Of a stretch of 64,000 nt of DNA, positions 1 through 26,668 are shown piece by piece. Position 1 is the stretch's first letter; each line of letters opens with the position of its first letter. A model generated the notes under the pieces. That model saw only the letters and a program-made list of their open reading frames with translations, searched no databases and was not told where the DNA came from. Position numbers and translations under genes: made by a program. Source of the stretch: the human T2T-CHM13v2.0 reference genome, Homo sapiens; assembly GCF_009914755.1 (NCBI RefSeq), contig NC_060942.1; one strand, 5' to 3'.

Positions 1-317
1 GTGAACCATGATCATGCCACTGCGCTCCATGCTGGGCAACAGAGCCAGATTTGGCCTCAAAAAAAAAAAAAAAAAAAAAAAGGAACCAAGCCTCACATCT
101 AACTGTATGGTGCTTAAACATGGAATAATGATGAATTCCTGCTACTGCTAAGCAAATTTCTTGAATATAATTCTTGAACATCATAGTTCTTGAGAGAATG
201 TTACTTCATGGACAAAATAGGCTATTATTTATAAAAGATCAGAATTAACTTGTTAAAATTAAGTTAGCTATCATGGAATTTTCCCCTTTACATCAAACAT
301 CAAAATGTTCTTCTTTC

Positions 318-609
318 CTTTTTTTTTTTTTTCTTTTTGCCCAAGGTGTCACTCTGTCATCCAGGCTGGAGTCCAGTGGCACGATCATGGTTCACTACAG
401 TCTCTACCTCCCGGGCTCAACTGATCGTCCTACCTCAGCCTTGTCAGTAGCTGGAACTATAGGTGCATGCCACCATGCCCTGCTAATTTTTGTAGACTAG
501 GTCTCACCATGTTGCCCAGGCTGGTCTCGAACTCCTGGGCTCAAGCAATCCACCGGCTTTACGCCTTCCAAAGTGCTGGGATTACAGGCATGAGCCACTG
601 TGACCAGCC
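318..609 (-). mobile_element. Alu (old, AluJ-like); a 3' Alu fragment also occupies 1-81 (+)
   Basis: Dimeric Alu with poly-T, diverged. Confidence 0.85.
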
Positions 610-1421
610 TAAAATTATTTTTTTAAGGTAAACTTACCATCAGCTTTTCACACAAGTGTTTCAAGTTTAACAAAAGATACAACTCTACTTTAAATACAAC
701 TCACAGAGTGTTCCATTACAATAATTATCAGCTAAAAAAAAAAGCTGAGGCACAAAAAAGCAGTACCTTTTATAATGACTCTAAGATTCTAGAGCTGAAC
801 TTGAAACTCAAAGTTGCTAATCACTTGCAAAAAATTAAATTGTACCTGGTGACTGAGCTTAATAATGGTTACTCAGAAAAGCTGTGGCATCAACAACTGG
901 AGACTAGCCAAGTGCACCTGCAAACTCAGGTGGTCAGAAGAGGCAGAGATCACCTTTGATAAATAGGGACAACCTACAAGCTGATTCTGAATATTTTTTG
1001 CACTTGGGAGCTGAGCCAGGGCGACAAGATTAGTGAATCCAGGCCCCAGAATGTGGCATGACGGCCACTGTGTACTCTCTCAGGGGTCTGTAATTGCTGT
1101 TCTCCCTCCATAACACACTCTCCATTGGGGTGGGGATGGGGGGAAGGGCTCAGTCAATGCTCAGATGATTCTAATTTCATTCATTAACTCAGCCTAAATC
1201 TGCAGAGTGTCTACTATGCTAAGTGACATTTCTTGTGAGATGATTCAGTTATGCATCTTCCTGAAAAGAAAGAGGAAAAAAAGAATGCAGAGAAAAATAA
1301 TAATTTAAGGGACTGCTTTTCTATGCAAGAAGTACTAAGTATTTCTGAAACAAACATGTAGATATATTTGTACTTCATTTGGAATGGATCAAGTGAAAAA
1401 AAAGAAATCTTTTACTGGTAC

Positions 1422-1604
1422 CTGTATCCTAATTCTTCACTAAGATGGATCATATGAAGGATATATGACTCCTTGCTTGTTCCCGTGAGGCCAGGCAACA
1501 ATAAGATAGTAGGTCTGGTGCTGGCATCCATATAACACGTACTGTTATCATTATCAAACCAGTCCAGTGAAATCTGTCCTCCATCTGCAGTTTTAATAAG
1601 TTCA
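1422..1604 (-). CDS. ABHD3: ABHD3 coding exon 3 (alpha/beta hydrolase phospholipase)
   Basis: Translates (N)ELIKTADGGQISLDWFDNDNSTCYMDASTRPTILLLPGLTGTSKESYILHMIHLSEELGY(R). Acceptor tttcag at 1610-1605, donor GTACCA at 1421-1416. 183 nt, phase matches exon 2. Confidence 0.96.
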
Positions 1605-2690
1605 CTGAAAGGAATAATTCAGAAGACATTACTATTTACATGTTTTAAGTCATGTCTTAATTTTAATTCTAAACACATGACATTATTTGCTCATCAAAAA
1701 ATAACATTTTTCCAGCATTCACGAACACACACCCATATCTCGATCTACATATCATTTTCTTTCATTAGAAGGATTTTATGAAGATTAGTACCATCAAGTA
1801 TTTCCAGCAACCTCCGTACAAGGTCGTATATAAAAATGAACTGCTAATTATTAAGATAAATGAATACTTACTCATTACTCCAAAACATCCAGCATTTAAC
1901 CCTTGTTTGATTGAGGTCACTCAACTAATGCGACAGGGAAGTCTGAGTAAGTAAAATGCTGATCTAATCTCTGACCACTGCTCTAGCTCTTTGGACTCAA
2001 TAATGCAGTCTCCTTGTATAGTATACTTCAAGATTTTCTTCTGAAATAATTTAAATTATTTCTCACATAGTATTCATGAACTTACAGAATTTTCCCAAAC
2101 AAACAGTGCAAGTTCCAGGCAACAAAATAAACTCCAGAAGGATAGATGACTAAGGGAAATTAATAACAGGCACCATTTAAATCTGGTTCCTGATAAATCC
2201 TGGACCGTATCTTTAACACATCAAGAGCTATTATCATCAAGATCCCATTTGCCTGTCAATAGGAAGTCATTTTACACCAATAAATCGCCCAAAACCCAAA
2301 TTAAGTGGCATCCTTCTCACCCCACCCCCCCCCCCCAGTATCTGCTACTTATCAATGAATGAATGCAGATCATCAAAAGATCTGGGTCTTTCTGACAGAT
2401 GTATGACAAACTGCGAGACAGTAATCCCCAAACACTTCTCTCATCCTAAAAATAAACCATTTACATCAGGTTGGCGGTTAGGGCGGGGACCAGGAGGCAA
2501 ATACCTGCAGCTGGGGTATTTTCCTGCAGCTGGGGGTGGAGCCGGGGACGTACCTTCCATTTTCATTCCCTCTTTCTGTTCTATATACTTCCTAAAGCAG
2601 ATTCTATTAACCAAGAACTGGGAATAAGCAAGCAAGCAAACAAACAACCTGTGATTTTGCAGAAATGACTGAAAACGGAAATTCACTTAC

Positions 2691-2854
2691 TTCCTGTACT
2701 GCACCGGGGGCTTCGAAGTGATGAAAGGTCTAAGCAGGGTCTGTCCTCGACCCTCCCAGCACCAGACCGTCGGGTAGTACGTTTCTGTAACCACGGGACA
2801 GTGGTCTTGAAGGAAGCGGCTGAAACTCTCACCCCCGGTCACTAACTGGGGTTT
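2691..2854 (-). CDS. ABHD3: ABHD3 coding exon 2
   Basis: Translates KPQLVTGGESFSRFLQDHCPVVTETYYPTVWCWEGRGQTLLRPFITSKPPVQYR(N). Acceptor ttttcccttcag, donor GTAAGT. 164 nt. Confidence 0.96.
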
Positions 2855-3074
2855 CTGAAGGGAAAAGCAGTATCAGAGAAGGGCCCAGAGCAAAGTTTCT
2901 GCCAACCGTAAACCAGAAACCGGCAAAGACTTGTCGCTCGCGCGCGCGCTTCCTCCGATTACAACTCTTTCTGGAGGGCTGACGCAAAAAATTCACAGTC
3001 ACAGAGGACTGAAACGGGGGTTTCGCCAATGCCCCGAGGGGAAGGCGAGAATCGCGATAAGGGAGTTTGTTTGT

Positions 3075-3296
3075 TTTTAACTCCGCCTCCCGGGTTCAGG
3101 GGATTCTCCTGCCTCAGCCTCCCGAGTAGCTGGGATTGCAGGCGTCCGCCACCACGCCCGGCTAATTTTTTGTAATTGTAACGGGGTTTCACCATTTTGG
3201 TCAGGCTGGTCTCGAACTCTTGACCTCAGGTGATCCACCCGCCTCGGGCTCCCAAAGTGCTGAGATTACAGGCGTGAGCCACCGTGCCCTGCCCGG
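3075..3296 (-). mobile_element. Partial CpG-rich Alu in ABHD3 intron 1
   Basis: Alu sequence lacking its 3' tail. CpGs retained, consistent with lying in an unmethylated island. Confidence 0.85.
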
Positions 3297-3610
3297 AGTC
3301 ATTTTCAAAAGCGCCACGGCGTTCCCGAGTGCGCCGCCGGCTTCGCGATCGGTGACCGGGCAGCGCCGCAGCGCAGAAGTCAGCCGGGTTCAGGCTGCGC
3401 TCCGAGGACCACCCGGCCGGGACCCCCAGGGGGCGGGCGAACGGGCGGGGCCTGTTGGCTTTCCCGCGCGCGCTGGGGGCTGCCGCTCGGGAGCAGCTCG
3501 CCGCCTATCCCCGGGGCTGCCGACCGCCCCTGGCCGCGCAGCCTCGCGCCGCGCCTGCTACCCTAGCTCCTGGCCCAGCAGCCCGCGGCCCTGCGCCACC
3601 CCCGGCTCAC

Positions 3611-3772
3611 CTTGGCAATGCTGCTCAGGTAGTAGAAGGCATAAGCGACGCTGAAGCCCAGGATAAGGGATAAGCCCACCCCCGAGCCGAAGAACCCCAC
3701 CCGGACTTGGTGTTCCAGGTAGAGGGAGAGCTCCCGGGACAACATCCGCAGGTCCATGGCCAGGCGCTGCAT
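3611..3772 (-). CDS. ABHD3: ABHD3 coding exon 1 (N-terminal signal-anchor/TM segment)
   Basis: MQRLAMDLRMLSRELSLYLEHQVRVGFFGSGVGLSLILGFSVAYAFYYLSSIAK within ORF 3563..4009. ATG at 3772, donor AAG|GTGAGC at 3610. 162 nt. Confidence 0.96.
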
Positions 3773-5015
3773 GGCCCCCGAGCGCGGCGCGCGGGTCCTG
3801 CGGCGGGAGGAGAGCCGGCTGGCGAGCGGGCGAGAGCGGGCGAGAGCGGACGCGGCGCCGCTGCCTACTCCCGACCACAGTGTCTCCTGCCTGGCGGAGC
3901 GCGGCTTCCGACAACGGGCGGGGCGGAGCGGCCCAGGGAGGCGTAGCCCGAGACTCCAACGCCGCCCGCTCCGCCCCGGCTTCCTGGAGCCGCCCCCACT
4001 GCCAGCCACTCAGGAACCTTCCAGAAGCGCGGTTCCAAGACCGGCCACCGGGAGGGCGGGCGGACTGGGTTCTCCCAGCTAGGTCGCAGTGGGCGATGGG
4101 GATCCCCAAGGGTGGGCCGAGAGCTGACGGATCGGCAGCGCTGGTTAAGGCCCCGCACCTGCAGCCCCAGTGACCTTGAACGATTCCGCTCTGCGGCGGG
4201 TGTCCCTAAACTAGCAGTTTAGGGTGTCAGGTAAGCGTGCCTTGCATTCAAAGATTTGGGGAGTTAATGCCAAAGATATGTTAGCAGGTAAGAATCCCAC
4301 ATCCTCTAGACGTTTGCGTTGGTCCTCAAGACTATGGAAAGAGAAAAAATATTCTATGAGCATTCAACAGTGAGGACATCATACTCGACTCTGAATCACT
4401 CTGTGAATCTTTTTAGTTGCTAAGTGTCACTTAAATGAGAAGTGGTCTCTGAAAATAAATGAAAAGGTCAAGAATAGCAACCGGGATTCAATTGTTAAAA
4501 GCCTATTTGTGGTTCATTAATGCTTTGAATTTAGAGACTTATGGAAATTCACACCGATTACCTAATGTACAGACAAGAAACCATTTATGAAGTAGGGTCT
4601 CCTAGGCTTATTTATGGCAATATGATAAATCAGGATACTTATGGTTATCTGAAATGGTTAGAAGATTTAATAGCCTATTCCTACTCTTATGAACTCCTTC
4701 CTCAGAGAGGTAGGAAGAATGGCAAGACTTAAACAGACGAAAGAAGGGAAAGTGCTGTCTAGATTATGAAAAATGCCAAAGGATTGTAAATTAATGATGT
4801 AATTTAGATGGGGACATGAGACGGACCAGAAGTGAGCAATTTATTTGGCTCCGATTTGGTCATTGCAACTTGGTGGTTGGCTGCAGCACCCAAAATAATT
4901 CAATTACCTTTACTGAGCCTGTTTTTTTCTTGTTTTAATAATCTGTAGCGTAACAATTTCTACTTTATAGAGTTCCCGAGAGGACAAGATAGTGTATATA
5001 CTGGACTCCCCGTGA

Positions 5016-6890
<1,875 letters not shown>

Positions 6891-6929
6891 CAGTTTAAGT
6901 TTAAAGTGAAAGTATTATCGAATAAAATG

Positions 6930-7272
6930 TTTGTCTGAGCTTGGGCATTATAACAAAATACCATAGCCTAGGTGACTTAAACATACATGTATTTCTCACT
7001 GTTCTAGAGGCTGGAAGTTTGAGATCAGGGTACCGATGTGGTTGGGTTTTGGTGAGGGCCCTCTTTTGCCTTGCAGATGGCTTCTCAGGAAGCTCTGATG
7101 TCTCTTCCTCCTCTTTTAGAGGCACCAATTCCATCATAGGGACCCTGTCCTCATTATCTCGCCTAAACCTAACTACATCCCAAAAGCCGTGCCTCCTAAT
7201 ACCATCACCTTGAGGGGCTAGGGCTCCAACATGTGAAGGTGGAGGCGGGGGATACAAACATTGATGCCTATA
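6930..7272 (-). mobile_element. MaLR LTR (MLT1A-like)
   Basis: ataacaaaataccatag...tttctcactgttctagaggctggaag...ctaataccatcacctt motifs. Confidence 0.75.
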
Positions 7273-7480
7273 ATATTTTATGGCCATCATGGTGTGTAGA
7301 AAATGTACTGACCTAGGAGTAAAAAACAGCTCTGAACTTATCCACCAAACTTAGGCAAATCATTTACTCTTTGGGGGCCTCAGTTCCTTGTCTGTAAAAT
7401 GAGATGATTGAGATGGAGGTTGTCCAAGTTTATTTCCTGTTAGAAAAACATTCTCCATCTTTCTTTAGAACTACTATTTT

Positions 7481-8444
7481 GGCTGGGCATAGTGGCTCAC
7501 GCCTGTAATCCCAGCACTTTGGGAGGCCGATGCAGTTGAGTCACTTGAGGTCAGGAGTTCGAGACCAGCTTGACCAACATCGTGAAACCGCATCTCTCCT
7601 AAAAATACAAGAAAATTAGCTGGGCATGGTGGTGGGTGCTTGTAATCCCAGCTACTCAGGAGGCCGAGACAGGAGAATTGCTTGAACCCGGGAAGGCGGA
7701 GATTCCAGTGAGCCAAGAGCATGCCACTGCACTCCAGCCTGGGCGACAGAGGGAAACTGCCTGAAAAAACCCAAAAAACCAAGTAACTGTTATTCCCAAT
7801 TTATACATGAGGAAATGAGAGCTCAGAAAGTTTAATTCATTCATTCAATCAGTGTCTTCTTGGGTGATTACAGGGCACTGAGGATCCAATCATAATAATA
7901 CTTAGAGTCTAGTGTGGCAACAGAGGAGTAAGCAGTTACATTACAAAAAGTGTGGTGTCTGGGGATGGTTCCAGATGCAGCAGGTACACAGGGTTCTTAG
8001 TAGCAAACAGCAAAAGTCAATTTGGGCTTACCATATGCAGAAAGGAAATTTATTACAATGGTATGTGATAGCTGATGAAACTCCAGAAGGGCCAGAGAAC
8101 AAGGCTTAGAAGTTGGGAACAATGCCTTTAAAAGTCGTGGCGAGGCCGGGCGCGGTGGCTCACGCCTGTAATCCCAGCACTTTGGGAGGCCGAGGCGGGC
8201 GGATCACGAGGTCAGGAGATCGAGACAATCCTGGCTAACACGGTGAAACCCCGTCTCTGCTAAAAATACAAAAAAAATTAGCTGGGTGCAGTGGCGGGTG
8301 CCTGTGGTCTCAGCTACTCAGGAGGCTGAGGCAGGAGAATGGCCTGAACCCAGGAGGTGGAGCTTGCAGTGAGCCCAGATAACGCCACTGCACTACGGCC
8401 TGGGCGAAAGAGCGAGACTGTCTCAAAAAAAAAAAAAAAAAAAA
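7481..8444 (+). mobile_element. Two Alus (7481-7780; AluY-like 8144-8444 with TSD aaaagtcgtgg)
   Basis: Canonical Alu sequences with A-tails. Confidence 0.88.
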
Positions 8445-9231
8445 GTCGTGGTGCTGGTCCTGTGATGACAATACTCCTGCTCTCTCTCGGCTACACTGCA
8501 TGGTTTTTGGCATCCAGACCAGCTATGCTGGGCACAAGGCTGTGTTCTAAATCCCTGACACTGTTGCCTCTGGAAACAGGGTGTTACCACTTCTGCCCCC
8601 TCACTACAATGGATTATCCCTGCTTCTTAATTTCACTGTATCCTTATTTATTCAAAGTCTGTTGTGAATGGAACTGACTGGTGCAGTCTAGGTTGTATCT
8701 CACCTTCCTCCCAGCTGTGGAGGTAGGAAAACAAATATCTGGCATTTTCAGTGTCTGTGGGGGGACATGCATGCTGCTTCATTTGTTGAAAAGTCCCCAA
8801 ACACAGATGAAGGTTCAGATGCTGGGCAGTCAAAAAGAATGCAAATGTTTACCTCAAGCATGTAATGGAGCAACTTAGCCACATCCAACAGCCTAGGGAA
8901 GATCAGAAAAGACTTCCTGACAGAGATGTGAGCAAAGACCTAGATAAGAAGAGATGAAGGTGAAGAGTTTGTATAGGACGATTGAACTGCATGTGCAAGG
9001 GTCTGAAGATAGAAGCAAATATCAAGTGAAATAAGTTTCCATAGCAAATGAGTGGGGTTTGAACCAAAGACTGGGTGGTTCCAAAACCTGTTTTGGGAAT
9101 TACAATGCTACATTAAAAATATTACCTTTGTGATGAAGAAACAAAGAAAATGAAATCATTGCTTCAAAATTTTTTAAGACACTTGCTTAGAATATGCTTA
9201 TGTTTTTAATTTTTGTAAACTAATGAAATTC

Positions 9232-11227
<1,996 letters not shown>

Positions 11228-11392
11228 GTTTATTTTTAAAAATCCTGATCAAGTCTGTACCTGAAACAACAGACCTAAAGCAGCACAGTTGTCCTTTATA
11301 GGTTGGTATAAAATGCTCATGAAGCTCTTTGTCATTTTTTTTCTAATTCTATTTGTATTTCAAAGGAGAAATCAGAATTGCACAGAGAATGT

Positions 11393-11962
11393 GTGGTAGG
11401 CAGACCCTAAGGAGACCCCCAGTGATCTCTGCCTCCTGGTGCCCTTCTCCTGGAGTGTGTATAGGACCTGTGATTCATTTCCAACCAATACGATAGAGAT
11501 AGCAAAGGTAATGGGATGTCAACACTCCTGTGATTATACTATGTTATATAAGACTCCTTAGCAGACTGGAGCTAGACTGTCCTTTCAGCCTTGAGGAAGC
11601 AGCCATGTGAACTGCCCCAGAGAAAGCCACATAGCAGCGAACTGTAGGCAGCCTCTGGGATCTATGGGTGGCCTCCATCAGACAACTGCAAAAAACACTG
11701 GTGACCTGAGTCCTGCAACTGCAAGGAAATGAATTCTGCCAACAACCTGAATGAGTATGGAAGGAGATTCTTTCCCAGTCAAATCTCCAGATGAAAATAC
11801 AGCATGGTCAACGTTTTAACTTCAGCCTTGTGAGCCCCTGATCAGAGGACCCAGTTAAGTTGTACCTGGACCTATGACCCATGGGAACTGCTAGATAAGA
11901 AATGTGTTGTTTGAAGCTGCTAAGTTGGTGGTAATTTGTTGTGCAGCAATAGAAACCTAATA
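11393..11962 (+). mobile_element. MaLR solo LTR (MLT1E/F-like)
   Basis: tgtggtaggcagaccctaag...aaggaaatgaattctgccaacaacc...gtaatttgttgtgcagcaatagaaacctaata. Confidence 0.78.
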
Positions 11963-12057
11963 GAGAATATAAAAGGGTCCTACAAAATCATTTAAAGATT
12001 AATAAATATTAATGGCTCTTTTTTTTGCCCACCAATGTATCTATTATAGGAATATTT

Positions 12058-13142
<1,085 letters not shown>

Positions 13143-13699
13143 TAACAAGATGTTAAGTAGTGCTTTCCCTCCTTCTCTGGAATTGGTGAATGCAGTTCAT
13201 ATCCATGCACAGAGGAGTCAAGTACCAAAAGCTGTGGATCTACACAGATCTCCAGGGTTTAGTAAGAAATGTCTGAGCTGGCCAAATCGCCCAAAGCCAT
13301 CACTCTAGGTGCCTCCTCCTCCTCCCTGCCTACGTAACAGACCAGAGAGGAAGAGATTAGCAGAGTTGTGAATTGTTGGACTGGGAGTTTCATTGCAAAT
13401 GTCCTCTTTGCAGAAAGTGCACAAATGCTAGATCTCTTGGTGGTGAATACGTGAGTTTCATGCTGGGAGTAGGGAGGATAGGGCATGGGGAACAGGTAGT
13501 GTGAAATAGGTGGATCCACAGACCTCTACACTGCATAATTTCTGAAAGACCCACTCCTGCTCAGTATATTTTAATTAGCTCCCCCATCTCTGTCTCCACA
13601 GTTTCTTTCTTCTCCAGGAGTCTCCTTCTCCAGGGTCCTTGGGAGTTAGTCTCAATGTTGGCCTTTCGGTGCACTACAACTCTCTTGCATAGTATCCTC

Positions 13700-17800
<4,101 letters not shown>

Positions 17801-17887
17801 TGGCCAACTATCTTGGGTGAGTTACTGGCAAGACAGGTTCAAGTTCAGGCACCTTCCTTGGTGTTAGTAGACAAAGGACCATGTGGG

Positions 17888-23110
<5,223 letters not shown>

Positions 23111-23226
23111 CCAGAGCATAACTCTTTTATGTGAACTCCCTCAGGGATTTTAGGAGGAATTAAACCTCTTAGCAATGTTTTTCATATTTTATTTTTGATT
23201 TTTGGTTAAAGTAACATTCTATCTGT

Positions 23227-23344
23227 GGCTGATCTGAGTACAGTGGTGTTTACAACTAATTGATCACAACCAGTTACGGAAGAAACAGATTTCTTTGTTT
23301 CTTCTTTACTCCCACTGCTTCACTTGACTAACCTTAAAAAAAAA
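23227..23344 (+). pseudogene. Y3 RNA (RNY3) retropseudogene
   Basis: GGCTGATCTGAGTACAGTGGTGTTTACAACTAATTGATCACAACCAGTTAC...CTCCCACTGCTTCACTTGACTAACCTT plus A-tail. TSD attctatctgt at 23216-23226 and 23344-23354. Confidence 0.93.
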
Positions 23345-23593
23345 TTCTATCTGTGATAGGATACAGACTATATCCTTATCTTCCTCAAATCTATGTCAAA
23401 TCAGTAACAGAAATCAGAAGGAATACAGAGTGGTTTATACTTGAAGAGAATGCCAAAACTGAAAATCATAACATATACATTTAATGAAAAAAATTTTAGG
23501 TTACATTCAATTAAAAAATATATTAGAGTCAGCCGGGTGTGGTGGCTCATGCCTGTAATCCCAGCACTTTGGGAGGCTGAGGCGAGTGGCTCA

Positions 23594-23869
<276 letters not shown>

Positions 23870-23921
23870 CTATATGGATTGTTATAAGAAATGACAAATG
23901 TTGGCCCGGCGCAGTGGCTCA

Positions 23922-24227
<306 letters not shown>

Positions 24228-24840
24228 TTATTAATAAACCATTGTGACCCCAACCTCAGTTCTAATACTTATTGCACTATTTGTGGCCCTAATTTTAACA
24301 CTAACAATTTGATTTTCAATTGATTCATTTCTTTTGGAGGCGCATTCTGTCTTAGGAACTGAAGCTGGAGACTTCAAGATGAAAAAATGTAAAATGTGGA
24401 AGGCAGAAAGGTCATGTTGGAAAGGAGGAATGTATATGTGAGACCGCCTGTGGAGTCCTAGTGAAGAAGCAAGTTGAATTATTTGAAGGCTTAGTGGTTA
24501 AGGGGGCAGATGAGGTTGTGGTCCCTAGTCCCCACTCCCCATCTGTACTGTTTAGACTTACCACTGGAGCCTGCAGTCGAAATCTGCTTAAAGCTTCCAT
24601 CATTATCAATTTGTGTTTATTAGATTCAGGGTTTGACAGCCAAGTCGTATCCATAATAGGAGATAAGTTACCTTCCTCTAAGGTAACTGGAGTCATTTGA
24701 GACTATCTTCCTCTGGAGGGGATTAATTTACAGACTATAACCTAACTGGACAAACATAAAGTAAATAAAAGCTTCCTCTTCCTCCTTCCCGAGGGGAAAG
24801 TCAAAGACACACTTTGTGTAAGATTGAAAGACAGTTGAAC

Positions 24841-24905
24841 AGGAAGGAAGGAAGGAAGGAGGGAGGGAGGGAGAGAGGGAAGGAAGGAAGGAAGGAAGGA
24901 AGGAA
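24841..24905. repeat. (GGAA)n / (GGGA)n microsatellite
   Basis: aggaaggaaggaagg...gggagggaggg...ggaaggaagg. Confidence 0.92.
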
Positions 24906-26533
24906 AACTATCAGGTTCTAACTGCAATGATTGAGATACCATTATTTTAATAAAACCTCAATATAAATCTTCTCTATTTCATCTTCATGCAAAGATGTAA
25001 CTTTCTGATCATAAGTAGTTAAAAGAGAAATATTTTTGGCCACCTCAGCATCTGTGAAAACACCCTGTCTGTTAACTCTCAAACAGTTTGTTTTCAAGTG
25101 TGGAGTGGTCATATGAAACACTTCAGAGATGTGCTAAAATCAGTTTTGAAGCAAGGCAACTCATTTAAGTTGAAAAAGAATGGAAAAGAGGCTGGGAATG
25201 GGGGCTCACAGCTGTAATTCCAGTGCTTTGGGAAGCTGAGGTGGGAAGATCACCAAGAACAGGAGTTTGAGGCTGCAGTGAGCTATGATGGCACCATTGC
25301 ACTCCAGCCTGTGTGACAGAACAATACCCTGTCCCTTTAGAAAATAAAAATTAAAAAAGATTGGCTGGGCGTGGTGGCTCACACCTGTAATCTCAACGCT
25401 TTGGGAGGCTGAGGTGGGAGGATTGCTGGAGCCCAGGAGTTTGAAACCAGCCTGGGCAACATAGCAAGACCCCATCTCTATTGAAAAAAAAATGGTTAAT
25501 GAGAGAAATCTGTCTACGTTCCGACAGAATGAAAACAGTTCAATGTCACCTGCATTAGATAAAACACTATCTTGTCCTGAATTTGTGTATCTGCCTTGTC
25601 TCCTCTTTGAGATTTCTATGTCCCTCATCATGCCCAATAGAGTTCCGTAATTATAAAAGATGATAGGGTTCAGAGTGAACGCTCTGAAGGTAGTCCCCAC
25701 GGTTTTGAATCCTGGCTCTAAGACTTGCCTATTGTGTAACCTTGACCAAGCTACTTGACTCCATCATAATAGTATAAACTTCAGGGAGTGGCTATGTAGA
25801 TTGAGATGATGCATTAGTCCCTGGAACATTATTAAATGTTGACTGAGATCATTGCCTGTGCATCCCTTCACTCCCCCCGTAACAATGATTCCCACATGCT
25901 TCTACATAGATACACTGCATTAAAACCCTAAGTTCAGTGAAAAATGTGAGACTCACAGCAAAGTCCATATAAATGGGAGAATCAGAATCCTTCTAGGTGG
26001 TTATTGTGAAGATCATTCACTTTGGCAGTGGGGGAAGTTCTGGGGGATTACATCCTGGTTCTGCTCTCAAGGATGAACACTTTTGCACTTATTTCTCTGG
26101 CCCTTGGCTCCACACTCTGGAAGATGCTTCCTTGTTTATTATTCTCCACGGCCCCATGCTAAGTGGGCATTGGAAAGTAAACCCTCCTAGGAGACTTCGC
26201 AGTTCAATTTATTTTTTTTGAGACAGAGTGTTGCTCTGTTGCCCAGGTTGGAGTGCAGTAGTGTGAACTCAGCTCACTGCAACTTCTACCTCCCAAGTTC
26301 AAGTGATTCTCCTGCCTCAGCCTCCTGAGTAGCTGCGATTAAAGGGACTGACCACCACGGGATTATAGGCATGCACCACCACACCTGGCTAATTTTTGTG
26401 TTTTAGTAGAGTTGGGAGTTTTACCATGTTGGCCAGCTGGTCTTGAATTCCTTACCTCAAGTGATCTGCCCACCTCGGCCTCCCAGAGTGCTGGGATTAC
26501 AGGTGTGAGCCACTGCGCCTGGCCCACAATTTA

Positions 26534-26668
<135 letters not shown>

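Larger units (their letters stand above)
2900..4200. promoter_or_regulatory. CpG island / ABHD3 promoter (probably bidirectional)
   Basis: Very GC- and CpG-rich, with GC boxes (GGGCGG at ~3916-3926, ~4058) and TCGCGA cores at ~3052 and ~3343. Spans exon 1. Confidence 0.88.

Noticed and set aside
3220-4173. Long overlapping Arg/Pro/Gly/Ala-rich ORFs around ABHD3 exon 1 (also 39630-41064 around MIB1)
   Set aside because: Stop-poor CpG-island artefacts; only the spliced ABHD3 and MIB1 frames have support.
4541-4732. 63-aa Tyr-rich ORF near the ABHD3 promoter
   Set aside because: No recognisable homology; length compatible with chance. Only the donor at 4709 was kept as a note.
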